NCBI RefSeq assembly: GCF_006345805.1
Contig: NC_043009.1
Span: 32,054,001 to 32,118,000 of the forward strand
Source: Octopus sinensis
Taxonomy: Eukaryota
DNA: 64,000 nucleotides
Reading direction: 5' to 3'
Positions 27,852-41,260 of this stretch are shown here, in pieces. Position 1 is the stretch's first letter, and each line of letters begins with the position of its first letter. The position numbers and the translations under genes are program-made. The notes under the pieces were generated by a model, which worked only from the letters and a program-made list of their open reading frames with translations, ran no database searches and was not told the DNA's origin.

Positions 27852-27912
27852 TCTCTGATGAAGGAAATGCGACTACCAAAGACTTTGTGTATTCCCTGAA
27901 ACAATCGTAAGA
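27852..27912 (+). ncRNA. Type I hammerhead ribozyme with intact core
   Basis: tct-CTGATGA-aggaaatgc[..]gtattccct-GAAA-caatcg-TA-aga. Stem II has 8 of 9 pairs and stem III is an imperfect palindrome. Confidence 0.8.
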
Positions 27913-28372
27913 TATCTCACATCATTATATTTTTATTTCATTTGTAAACTGATTTATTTTATTTCATTCCAGGACAATTTTTAAATTGCCTTACTCTATT
28001 TAATCATCCTTCATACGAGGAGTATCGTAAATCTTTTAATCATCTCACCTGCTGGTGATTTTAATTTAATTATTTTGTCCAATTTAATTTTCTGTATATA
28101 TATTGAGATCACCCAACCTTGGGATTATAATAAAAGAAAAATACATATATGTATATATTTATTGTATTCTCAAGGTGAAGCCTCAACAATCCCTCAGTTG
28201 AATGACTCGGACAAATACAACATTAATAATAAAAGATATTGCATTGAGTACTTGGTGTTTTGATACTAAAAACAGGATGATAAACTAATCTGTCTTCTCT
28301 CTCTCTCCTTGAACTTATATATATATATATATATATATATTCATATATATATTATATACATATATATATGTA

Positions 28373-28440
<68 letters not shown>

Positions 28441-28575
28441 TATATATATATGCATGTATGTAAGTATGCATGGATACATATATATATATATATATAATAT
28501 GTATATATTACATACATACATATATATATATATAAATACATACTTACATATATGTATATATATATATATATAATA

Positions 28576-28630
28576 TATATTTCGGAATGGTCATATGCCA
28601 GTTTAGCCAATATGACCATTCCGAAATATA
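28576..28630. other. Perfect 21-bp inverted repeat with a 13-nt loop
   Basis: tatatttcggaatggtcatat [gccagtttagcca] atatgaccattccgaaatata. Confidence 0.9.
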
Positions 28631-28754
28631 ACAATATCTGTTCCAACACACGACTTCACATAAAAATCTTGCACAACAAATATTTAAACGTATATATATA
28701 TATATACTGACATATATGCATATATATATATATATATATATATACTTACATATA

Positions 28755-28799
<45 letters not shown>

Positions 28800-28897
28800 A
28801 CATATATACATATGAATATGTATATACATACATACATATATATACATATACATATATATATACACACACACATACATGCACACACATTTACTCATTT

Positions 28898-28934
<37 letters not shown>

Positions 28935-29112
28935 AAAGGGCTTAGTAAAATAAATTACTTTGCCGCATACTGAACTCATTAGAAATAGCAGCTAAAAAAA
29001 CTTTTTAAAACTATTTCTAATACTTAAAAGAAACCTCTCTCATATAGTGTTTGCTCAATTCAACTCACGCAAATATGGGGGTAGAGATTAAAAATCAAGT
29101 GCAAAGGTTATT

Positions 29113-29164
29113 TGAGAACGTACGTTTCAAGATTAGTCAACACGACACTTCTATCATCAGCTCA
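29113..29164 (-). ncRNA. Type I hammerhead ribozyme, copy 1
   Basis: Minus strand: tgag-CTGATGA-tagaagtgtcgtgttgactaatctt-GAAA-cgtacg-TT-ctca. Stem I is tgag/ctca, stem III is palindromic and the triplet is GUU. Confidence 0.8.
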
Positions 29165-29670
29165 GAACTCCCTGGTTTGGATTTGAAAACACTGAAAGTG
29201 GGAGCATACCCTTTCGGCTTCCTCTCGCTTCCGAAGATCTGCTCGTAACTAACAGTGCCAACAAACTCAAAAATGCAAGCGAAGAATTTCTGCTCTCCCC
29301 TTTCCACCAGCGTGGGTTAAAATCAGTAAACACTATGCTTTTTTCGGTAAAATCCGCGGCATTATATATAGAGAGAGATGAATTATAATTTCAACAATTG
29401 AGGGTAAAATTAATTAATTAATCAATTTCACCAAGTATTCAGTATGCAAAGGGACCATTAAGGCGAATTCAAATTATTACATTATATAAAAGGGCTTAGT
29501 AAAATAAATTACTTTGCCGCATACTGAACTCATTAGAAATAGCAGCTAAAAAAACTTTTTTAAAACTATTTCTAATACTTAAAGAAAACCTCTCTCATAT
29601 AGTGTTTGCTCAATTCAACTCACGCAAATATGGGGGTAGAGACATTAAAAAATCAAGTGCAAAGGTTATT

Positions 29671-29722
29671 TGAGAACGTACGTTTCAAGATTAGTCAACA
29701 CGACACTTCTATCATCAGCTCA
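29671..29722 (-). ncRNA. Type I hammerhead ribozyme, copy 2
   Basis: Identical to 29113-29164 and 558 nt away. Confidence 0.8.
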
Positions 29723-32400
29723 GAACTCCCTATATATTTAGATAGACAGATAGATAAATAGCTTTGAGGTATAGGGCATTCAACAATAGGAAACATATTG
29801 AAGCAAATATTGGTGCTTGACATGATCATCTGGGTCACCTGATCCAGTCAAAGCATCCAACTCATGCCAGCATGGAGAATGGACATTAAATGATGACGAT
29901 GACGTTGACAATGATGATGATGATGACAACGATAATGATGATGACGATGATGATGATGACGGTGACGATGACAGTGACGACGATCTATAATGTAGAATAT
30001 ATTTCCTTATATTAGTTCCAGATTGAAAATGTACATGGAAGTATGGGATGGGTGTTGGCAGGGAGTGTGGTGGATGGCAGCAGAAAATGATTTAATCGAG
30101 GGAAAAGTAATTATTTCTTCCTTTTTATCTGTTTTTTTTTTACATTTATTATGTATCTCATTTTTTTCTGCTAATAAAACAAAATATCAACAACTATTTT
30201 ATCAAATCTTTTCCTATTAATTAAAAGACTTCAGATCGAGCAATAGTTAAAAGCAGATTATTTAAATGATGGCCATAAACAAAAAATTATTATTATTTTT
30301 TTTTCCAATCAAGTTTTAATTACAGCTTAATTAAAATGTATCTGAGATTTGGAAGAAGCTGTAATGCACAAAATACCTAGCAATGTCCTCTCTACGTCTT
30401 CTTCATTCCTAATGCAGTTAACTTTACTTATCATCCTTCTAAGATTTATAAATGAAGCACCGGTAATATACTGGGGTTCATATAACAGATTACTATAAAT
30501 TGATTGATTGCTAGTTTATATTTCATGAATTCAAAACTTGATTATTTGTTTCTATTGTGGCATTAGCCAGGGGACTTAAAACTTTAAAATTCAACGAACT
30601 TCAGAGTCAGAATCAAGCAATAGATTCCCTAGAAACAGAACTCATGACATCGCAATGAAACGGTAAGATCTCTGAAGCTTAGTGATGGTCTGCATGAGGA
30701 AATTGTTAGAGCAGCTCTTTAAAGTTCCACTGTTGTCATTTTCCAATTCCAGTTGTGTTCCATTTGGGAAAGACACATGGCTTGTTGGTAGGAGTGTTTA
30801 GCTGACATTCATCTCTTTGGTTCATACCTTAGACCAGGCAAGGCACTTCGTCTCCTGTTGCTCAAGTCAATTTAACTGTAAATAAGTACCAGCCTAATGT
30901 GGGCACAGCCCCTCACCCTCCATCTATCACATTTTGGATATGCTACTGTGTCATAGATAGAAGGACCAAGACCTTATCCATAGCAGCCTGTGGTTACATA
31001 GGTATCTAAAGCAATTTGACAAAGCCTGTTACATGTTGCCAGGCTGTACTTATTCAAGAGTAACTGCTTGTTCTTTTTTAAATTGTGTTCCATCAAATAT
31101 GTGAGTAAATTTGGTAACAAGAAACATAAAAAAGCCCATTATGTCTGTGCGTGTGTGTGTGTGTGTGTGCATGCAGTTATGTATGTAAATATGTGTGTGT
31201 GTGAGTGTCTGCATGTGTGTGTGTGTGTGTTTGTCTTGACATCACATGATAGTTGTAAATGAGAATCACCATCATACAAGCAGTGTTGTTTGTTTCCAGT
31301 CCTTTATGATAACATTTCTGGCCATGGAGGAATATCTCCTTGCTCGGAAACAGGTTAGGGTCAGTGACAAGAAGGGCCTCTGGCCATAGAAAAATGGCCT
31401 TAACAAAACTTTCATTTGACCAAACACAAGCATGTTCGTATAGATGTAAATTATGACGACAATTACAACAACAACAACAACAATTAAAATAACAACAAAG
31501 ATAAATGTTCAAGATTGTTCAGCTCTAGTTAAGCATTCAATATCGATGCTTCTGTTTGCCATCACCTCAAGACACAACATTTTAATATCGTTTATATCTC
31601 ATCAGTAAAACTGATAGACAATTACATTTATATTATTAGTTAATTGAATTCAAAATTACATTTCTAAAAGTTATTTCTAAACCATTGTCATAGAGAAGCA
31701 ATAAAATAAACAGACGAAGAAACAAAGAGATTCTTTAATTGTAAATTTCATTTCATTTTGGTTCTAGAATTAAAAGTTTAAGAACGTTTGTCTCCTTCTT
31801 TTACAAGAAGCGTTCTTTGACTGTTGGTCAGAGATGAGACATGGCTATGTGGCGAAAGAGTTATACTACACAATTTAAGTTCCTAAATGACAATATCTTA
31901 TATTTATCAGAGAATTTATTGCTGAGCAGCTAAAATATTGCTCTGTTCTACTGAGTAACATTAGTTTGCAATAAAGAATTAGCAGTTGACAGCAGAATTC
32001 TATAATATACTGAAGTACAACCATCAATAGCTTCTTTTGGTTTACTGTCAACTAAGTCTCATGATGCTTAAGTAGTTTACTGAAATATTTCCAGTTAATT
32101 TCATGTATTATAGTCATTCATATTTATGAGCTTAAGACTATTATTATCCTTAACAAGTGTCTATCCACTTCCTAATCTCTGTCTGTCTCTCTCTCTCTCT
32201 CTAGCCACCCCTATAGTCTACTATTAACACAAACAGCATTCTCTATACACATCTATATTCAACTACTGGCACTGATAGCAGTTTTGTATACAATCTTATA
32301 TACTACAAGCAAAAGTCTACATCCATATTATTATCACCAATGACAGTCTTTATCCACCTGACATTCTAGTCACCATTATCAACCCATCTCCTAACTTTAA

Positions 32401-32621
32401 CCCTTTCATTACCGTATTTCTGTTGATATGCTCTGAGTTTCTTTCAGTTACTTTAAATATAACAAAAAATTTAGTAAAATAACTTAGTTATCATTCAGCT
32501 AGTGTTAGGAACATAAATTGTGACTAAGGTTTGGTGGAAGATTTTAATTCAAAATTTATAGAAACAAAATATTTGTATTACAGAGCCAGAGGCAGTTTCT
32601 GCCAGGTTGGTATCAAAAGGG
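32401..32621. mobile_element. piggyBac-type (TTAA) MITE
   Basis: TTAA|ccctttc ... caaaaggg|TTAA. Confidence 0.8.
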
Positions 32622-32652
32622 TTAAGAATTGTTTCTCTATTATATATTTTAA

Positions 32653-32878
32653 CCCTTTTGTTACTGTATTTATTTTGAGATGCTCTGTATTTCTTTCAAT
32701 GAATTTCAAATATAACAAAGAATTTAGTAAAATAAATTACTTAGTTATCATTCAGCTAGTGTTAGGAACATAAATTGTGACTAAAGTTTGGTGGAAGATT
32801 TTAATTCAAAACTTATGGAAACCAGACATTTTATACTCAGAGCCAGAGCTTGTTTCAGCCAGGTTAGTAACGAAAGAG
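32653..32878. mobile_element. piggyBac-type (TTAA) MITE, same family, adjacent copy
   Basis: TTAA|ccctttt ... gaaagag|TTAA, with an internal sequence homologous to 32401-32621. Confidence 0.8.
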
Positions 32879-33042
32879 TTAACACTAACAACTACTATTC
32901 TCTACCTCGCATTCTATAATTAACACTAACCAGAATTTCTATCTGTTCCATGTTTGAGTATTATTACTAGCAAGACTGAACCCACCCCCAATAGTCTAGT
33001 ATTAACACTCTGAACAGTCCTTATCCACTATAAGATCAAACA

Positions 33043-33309
33043 GAGTGCTTCTCAACTGAGGTCCTCATGACCCTTGGGTGGGGGGTGTCTATATAAGATT
33101 TTCTTGTAAAAATTTATTTGCAATAAATTGTTTACTCTTCTACACTACACAAAATATGTCAACAATCTTTTTTTATAAAATTCCCAATATTTAATCAAGG
33201 AAGTATTACAGAATTTTTTAGACATTGAATGTCTGTGAGGGTCCTCCCCACCCACGAGTAAAATAGAAATCGAAGGAGTCCATAGGTAAACAATTGTTGA
33301 GAACTACTG
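33043..33309. mobile_element. hAT-type MITE, old
   Basis: gagtgcttctcaac ... gttgagaactactg termini. Confidence 0.6.
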
Positions 33310-33730
33310 ATATAGCATTAGAACTAACAGGTCTCTCTATCCACCCCACGACCAACAATTAGCTTTAGCCATAACCATTATCCCCATCCCCATCATCTAC
33401 TGCATTTCTGTTCATACCATTTTAAAAGCAAAACCATTTTGACTCTATAGAACTGAAGCTCTCTTAGGAATTACATTGTAACTGTACAAAGGAATAAATT
33501 CATTTTATATTATGTGTTTCAAAAGTCAATGAAAGAGTCTTGCGTTTACAAAAATAGCAACCAAATTTCCCTGAATTCATTTAAAAAAGAAGCTGATCCT
33601 TAGACTAAGCAAAAAATGATTGGATAGTCATGGCTAGAATAGCTGTGATCAAACTTATGTTTACTGAGGGTGAACCACTGGATAAATGAAGACATTGTGT
33701 CACTGTAGAGATGAGGAATTCTATATATAT

Positions 33731-33887
33731 CTTTTTACTTTTACTTGCTTCAATTTGGACTGTGGCCATGCTGGGGCATTACATTGAATGGATTTAGTCA
33801 AGCAGATTTTAAGTCCGGTATTTTGCTAAACCACTAAGTCACAGAGATGTAAACAAGCAGCAAGAGGAAACAAACAGGGATGCAAAA

Positions 33888-33921
<34 letters not shown>

Positions 33922-33922
33922 G

Positions 33923-33961
<39 letters not shown>

Positions 33962-34023
33962 ATTTTTGCATCCTTGTTTGTTTCCTCTTGCTGCTTGTTT
34001 ATATATATATATATAAGCCCTTC

Positions 34024-34054
<31 letters not shown>

Positions 34055-34168
34055 AACGAAGGGCTTCCCCACAGTTTCCATCAACCAAATTCACTCACTG
34101 GGTATCAGCTGGTCCAGAGCTATAGTAGAAAACACTTGCCCAAGGTGATGCACTGTGGGACTGAACCC
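33731..34168 (-). mobile_element. SINE family A, diverged
   Basis: Homology to family A. Confidence 0.75.
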
Positions 34169-34639
34169 ATCCATTGCCTAAATATATAAATTTCCAACTC
34201 ACACTTTTGTCAATAAGCTATAAAGAGACTCAAGCAACAGACAAATTCTATAGCCAGGTCGAAATATTTTCTGACAAAGTTAATTGAACTTATTAAATAA
34301 TTACATTTACTACAATATAATTTACAATATTTTCTATATCCTGCAGTCTCAATTAAATTACATACTACTTTATTCTCAAATCTCTACTCCAAACTTACAA
34401 ACATATTCTGTACTATGGTAATAAAGAGACTATAGAATTAAATTGATTTACTCATATTATAACAATATACTTCCTTGGAGAGTCACATGATTAGCTACTG
34501 GTGGCGTAATATACACACATAACTTTTAATAGCACCATATAATCCATCTAGCATGAAATAGGTAGCAAGACAGTTACAGTACAGTGATGTAGGGACAGGG
34601 TCACGATACAATTCATTAATATTTTGTTGGTTCATAAGG

Positions 34640-34855
34640 CAGCGGGGTGGGTGAATCTTTAGCATGTGGGGCAGAAGGCTTAACAGCATTTTATCGTCTT
34701 TACATTCTGAGTTCAAATTCTGCTGAGGTAAACTTTACCTTTTATCTTTTCAGGGTTGATGAAATAAGTACCCGTTGAGTACCAGGGTTGATGTAATCAA
34801 GCTACCCACTCCCCTAAAATTGCCGGCCTTGTGCCAAAATTTAAAACCGATATTT
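34640..34855 (+). mobile_element. SINE family B, diverged
   Basis: ttctgagttcaaattctgctgaggtaaactttacctttatcttttcagggttgatgaaataagtacc resembles 4478-4705. Confidence 0.7.
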
Positions 34856-35203
34856 TTTTGGCTCATAATTCTAACCCTGCCTTCTCTTTACTTTTTTTGA
34901 TGCATTCCTCTCCTTTATTCAAATTCACTCAATACAGCCCACTCTGTCACCTTTTCACTGTATCTCTCCTTTTTCTTAATAACCCCTGTTGTTAATCCTT
35001 CCCTGCCCAATTAATACCTACCCTATTACTCTGTTACTCTCACATCTACCACTGTCTGTTCCTTCCACCCTACTTTACCCACCCTCATCTCCTCACCTAA
35101 AATCACCACATCGTCTCTCTCTTTTCTCAATGCATCCTTGCTCTTATAAGGTATCGGATACTCTTTACTAGAGCTGACACCAGGAAAAAAGCAGCCAAAT
35201 ATA

Positions 35204-35588
35204 GGCATGGCTGTGTGGTAGGAAGTTTGCTTCCCAACCACATGGTTCCAGGTTCAGTCCCACCACATGACATCTGGAGCAAGTGTCTTCCACTATAGCT
35301 CCAAACTGATCAAAGCCTTGTGAGTGGATTGGGTAAATGGAAACTGGAAGAAGCCTGTTGTATATGTGTATAGTGTGTGTGTGTTTGATTCTGTGTTTGT
35401 CCCCTCACTGCTGCTTGACAGCCGGTGGTGGTGTGTTTACATCCCCATAACTTAGCAGTTCAGCCAAAGTGACTGAGAGAACAAGCCCCAGGCTTAAAAG
35501 GAAAACAAAGTGCTGGGATAAAAACTTCAAGACAGTGCTCCAGCTTGGCCGCAGTTCAATGACTGAAACAAGGAAAAGATTAAAAAGA
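35204..35588 (+). mobile_element. SINE family A
   Basis: tRNA-like head and family A body and tail. Confidence 0.85.
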
Positions 35589-36848
35589 AAGACAAGAGAT
35601 ACTCTGTAGAGTGTTTGGTGCAGAGAAGGGCACCGGATCATAGAAGAAGCCTTACCAAACATCAGAGCATAGCATGGTCCTCTACTAATGCATCAGATCC
35701 TATCGAACCACCCACAAGGAAGAAGGATGTTAAAAACAATGATACTGATGATGATCATGATGATGACTATGATGAGGATGATGATGGTGACGATGAGATG
35801 ATGATGGCAGTGATGATGATGTCAATGACGATGATGATAACAATGACGATGATGACGATGATGATGATGATGACGATGACGATGATGATGATGATTATGG
35901 TGGCAATGATGATGATGACAATGTTGATGACGATGATGATGATGATTAAGATGATGCTGATGACATTGATGATGATGACGATGATGATAACAATCTTGAT
36001 AATGATAACATAGTCATATAACCAACATGGAGGAGGTGAAATGACCCCACCCCCACACACACTTCTACAATTCATTAACAAAAACAATTGAAATATGGAT
36101 ATTCTATCATTTCTATATGTTTGATGGAAACATTGAAAAATGTAGAATTAATTTCTAAAAAAAGTAATTAAATAAATGAAATTCAAGTTAATGAATGAAG
36201 AAAAATTTTGTTATCCCATTATTCCAACAGCCTCCTCCATCTTTGCTTTAATCACATTGGTATTTAACCTAACTCTGACCTATAGGGAGGGCTTAGAAAT
36301 GGTCCGTAACCATTTTCATATCTTCCCTGTTTTTATTAGCACTGTGGTTCACATTGAAAAATTAAAATTGTTAATTAAAAAAAATGGCAACCAAATTGAT
36401 TAAATCCAAGTTAATGAACGAAAAGATTTTTCTCTTTAATAACGGAAAAAAATGTCTTTATAATTAATCCTAGCCTTCTGGCACAAATTTCTGATGATTT
36501 GCAGTAGATCAGCTGTAATCTCTCTGCCCGAAGAGGCCACATTATTATACAATTATGCTAGGGATCAGCATAAAGCTATGAGCAGAATAATAGAATTTAA
36601 GATTAGTTCAGACCATTTTGCAGGGTGCTATAAGCAAGATTATGATTAGATGTGATATCTGTGTGTAAGTTATTATATGATTTGGTGCTAACAGAAGCCT
36701 TGTGTCTCTTTAGCTATTTTATCATTATTATAAACCTGTTGCAGAAACTTAGGACAAGATGACATGGCCAAATTTTGTGTGCTGGTGATGTGATATTATA
36801 GTCATCATCATTATAACATCTGCTTCTCCATCTTTGAATGGATTAGAT

Positions 36849-37044
36849 CAGAGGTCCCCAAACTTTTAGACTACCAACCCCTTTATGGAACCCTTGACCT
36901 CCCATAAACCCCTGGGCATGTAGAGGAAAATAAATAAATAATAATAATAGTTAAGTAAATTTGCAGTTTCCAGGCATTTATCAACCCTTTGAATAGTCTC
37001 CCTTGAGCCCCAGGGATCGATGTTGACCACTTTGGAAACCCCTG
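36849..37044. mobile_element. hAT-type MITE
   Basis: cagaggtccccaaac ... tttggaaacccctg with an 8-bp TSD gattagat / ggttagat. Confidence 0.8.
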
Positions 37045-39121
37045 GGTTAGATGGAATATATTGAAGCTAATTTTTCATGGCTGGGTGCCTTTCCTGTTGC
37101 CAAACCTTACCTATTCACAAGCATGGTAATATTCCCCTTATGATCAAACATGTTTTACATGGAAGGTTGTAAACAAACAACACTGCTTGTATGATGGGGA
37201 TACTCATTTACAGCAATAATGTGATAGAAAGAGGAGAGGCTAACACCTCCTACACACACATATGTATATATTACTTTCCCTCTCTCTCTTCTCCTTCTAT
37301 CCCCCTCTCTCTTTTTGTGTACATGTGTATGGTAGATTTATTCCAGATTCTGTCTTCTAAATCCATTCATAAAGCTTTCTTCAGCACAGGGCTACAGTAG
37401 AAGACAATTGCCTATGTCATAGGACTGAACCTGGAACCATATTGTTGAGAAGACAACGTCTTAACCACAGATCCATACCTAATATTCCATTAACAAGCTC
37501 ACATGGTTATGATGATTGTGATGGTATGATGATGCTGATGAGTAGAAAAATGATAACAATTATGATGATGATGATGATGATGATAACAATAGTAAAAATT
37601 GTGTCCATGTTGGTGGTGATGACTAGTTGTGGTGGTAGTAGCAGCTGTGATGATGATGATGATGATGAAGAAGGTGACAAAAATGATGATGACGATGATG
37701 ACAATGATGGTGATGACAATGATAATGATAGTTATGATGACGATGACGACGACAACGACATTTAATGATGACATGACCAATTTCCCAAAACTTATTTTAT
37801 GCCAATTGTTTTATGACCAGAAAATGTGATTTTTATTGTTTCAGGTGGAAAGTGTATTAAATATGAAATTCTTTCAAAGTTTTGTGTCTCAAAAGCATGA
37901 GATAATTTACTGCTCCGCACTTCACTGAACACAATTGGCTAACAAGGAAATCTTGATACAAACAAATAAGCATGTTTTAAGCCATTTTTTTTCCTCCATT
38001 TATTTTTACCAGTAACCTGTTTCTCATAAAATAAATCTGTACACAACACTGATAGGAATACATGGGAAAATATTCTTTGCAATTAAAAGTTGGAGAAAAA
38101 TAAAAGGAGACAAAGAGTAATAAATAATAACGAAGCTTTAAAAAAAAACTTAATTTCAAAAGCTAAATTCATTTTGTCCTGAATTTACATTCTCTATTAA
38201 CTTTGGTGAAGATTTGGAGACAGAAAATGATTAAAAGAAGCAAGAGATAGTTCTTGAAATTGCTTCTCTTCCATTTCATAGATTTATTGGATAAATCAAG
38301 GAATGTCCTAGCTACTTAATCTGTTCTAAAGATAAAGGACCACAAATCAGCAATTACAGAAATTCAAAGACTAAGAAAGCCGTCTTTATGTACTGTTTTG
38401 TCATCATCGTTGTCGGCATCTTCACTGTCGGCAGCATCAGCGTCGGCATTGTTGTCGTTGTTGTCATCATCATCATCATCACCATCATCACCATCATCAC
38501 CATCACCATCATCACCATCACCATCTTCACCATCATCATCATCATCATCATCATCATCACCATCAACATCATCTTCATTTTCATGTCAGCTTGCACGGGT
38601 CATATGGAGTTTATTGATGCAGATTTTTTTATGGCCAGAAGCCCTTCTTTTTGCCAACCCTCATTTGTTTTGAGGCAAGGTAATATTTCGCAGTGGTCAG
38701 AACACTACTTCTATAATAGTGGCAATTATTTTACAATTATCATACAGTGCCAGGACAAGGGGTCACAAACATACTCACGCATACGCTCACACACACACAT
38801 ATGCGTGCACACACACATACATACATATACACACTCTGCAGGTTTTTTTTAGTTACTGTCCACCAAAATACATTCTCACCATTTTGGTCAACCTGGGTCC
38901 ATATATAGAAGACACATGCTAAAGGTGCTTCACAGTGTAACTGGTTGCAGAACAATGAGGTTGGAAAGCAAACTTCTTACCACCTAGTCACACCTGAAAA
39001 ATTACTACCCTTGGGACACAATGCTGTTATGATTCTTTCTAGTTAAGAATCCCCAATACAAAGTCCTAAAGATTCTCCAAATACATTAACTAGACATTAA
39101 TGATTTGTAGGTACATGGTAC

Positions 39122-39122
39122 T

Positions 39123-39154
<32 letters not shown>

Positions 39155-39765
39155 TGTTTTAAATCTGGGTTTTGTCCCCATTAACCGGGGTGGCCAGATC
39201 TACTTCAATGCCATAGCAACTGCCCTCACACCATCTCACCATCTTGCCCAGTTTGGAGCATCTTCCTTTTCCAAACCAACCAACCTCCCATCTCCTCCTC
39301 CACCTTTTCCTCCATCTACCTCACTTTCATGCTCCATTTACCTTAAACAGAATCACCCTCCTCAGAACATACTCTTCATCCCTCCTCAACACATGCCCAT
39401 ACCACCTCACTCCATTCGCCCTTGCCAACCATTCCACCCATTCCTCCAACCCCAGCATCCCCATCAAGTCCTCAGTCCTCCTTTTATCAAACAGCTTCAC
39501 CCGACACATTCCTCTCACCATTGCTCTCTCGGTCCTTCTCAAATTCTCTCTCCCTCAGACACCATGACTCACTCCCATACAGCATTGCAGCTCTCACACA
39601 ACTCTTACAGGCCCTTCTTTTCATCTTCAATGAAAGCCTTTTCCCATATAGCAATGCTCCACATTCCCTGAACTGCACCCAGCCAAATCTTGCTCTTACT
39701 GTCACAGCTGCTTCACGTCCTCCACTTACATCCACCCTATCTCCCAAATGCAACCACAATATCCT
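39122..39765 (-). mobile_element. RTE-clade LINE 3' fragment
   Basis: LGDRVDVSGG, SCVRAAMLYGSESW, RRTERAMVRGMC and VRWYGHVLRR, with a (GAT)n tail. Confidence 0.88.
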
Positions 39766-40571
39766 ATAAAGTATATTAAATGTTTTCATAAGACAACACC
39801 ATATTCTCCTGTGTTAGCAGTGCTATAGAAATTATTTTGTTAAGATTATTTCCACAGATATTTTATAGAACTTATAGCCAGCACTGATTTTTGCTAGAGC
39901 GTTTCATATCGAGATGTCAGATGTAAATAAACAATGAGATCAAAGACAAAAATGGATAATCTTCAGAAATAACCTTAACATTAACTAGACTATAAAAATA
40001 TAATTTAATTGAGTTTGTTTTGTTCAAATGATTTGAAATCTCTTAAAAACTGATCTTGACAAGCATTCAGTTTTGCAAGGGCTTCTTATTGGAGCAAGAG
40101 AACATTTCTTGTGGCATATTTCCTTATGCATTCCACACAATGACATCATTTTCCATTCTCTAATTATGTATCTCTACCTGGAACACAAAATGTCATACAT
40201 TTGACTGACTGCAAACAAGAGTTATTAACTGCATGCAATTTTATATGTTTATGCGTATGACCTTCTACGAAGTACGACATGCTTGATTTTTATAAAGCAG
40301 CTTTATCGAAGTTGCTGAGGGTAAAATAGAAAAGTAGTAGTGGTAGTAGTAGTAGTAGTAATAGTAGTAGTAGTAGTAGTAGTAGTAGTAACAACAACAA
40401 TAACTTTGATAATATAAGTAATAACTATGATGATGATGATGATGATGAAGGTGATGATGATGATGATGATGATGATGACGACGGTGACAGCGACGATGAT
40501 GATGATAACAAAGCTGATGACAATGGTGATGATGACGACAGTGTTGAGGATAATGATGATGATGATGATGA

Positions 40572-40605
<34 letters not shown>

Positions 40606-41100
40606 CATAATGATGATGATGATGGTAAAAGAATTATATATTAAGATACATTCATAAAACCTGAACTACAAAAGAGAAGTTTTTGATTCAAAGGTTATTC
40701 ACTAAGAGATTATTTTTGTAGAAATGTCAATGCCAAAGCGTTATCTACCATACTTTTGACTGATTGGAATTTTGAGGATATAGGAGAAAAGTTTGCCCTT
40801 TGGTCTGAAAAGAAGAAGAACAACAACAACAGGAGAAGTAGCAGCAGCAGCAGCAGTAATAAGGAGAGCAACCTAACAAAATTAGTTATGAATTTTTTAA
40901 GATAGTTCATGATAAGTGATAAGTAGAAATGGAAGCACCAAACACAAATAAGAACACTTATTAGTTAAAAGAAAATTAACATAAGTCATGTTGTATATAA
41001 GGCATTTGAGAGAAAGGGAGAAGAAACTGAGAAAAGGAATGATGTTATTTCTCAGCTGATATACATATACACACATACATATATATATGTGTGTGTATAC

Positions 41101-41207
<107 letters not shown>

Positions 41208-41217
41208 TAGATATCTA

Positions 41218-41260
<43 letters not shown>

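Larger units (their letters stand above)
28927..29731 (-). mobile_element. Retrozyme-like or PLE-derived non-coding element: 1.45 tandem units with about 250-bp direct repeats, each carrying a hammerhead
   Basis: 28927-29173 is nearly identical to 29481-29731. There is no credible ORF and the element sits in TA-rich microsatellite. Confidence 0.8.

Noticed and set aside
39895-39970. Minus-strand CTGAAGA..GAAACGCTC
   Set aside because: No stem I and an incomplete stem III; cannot be told from chance.
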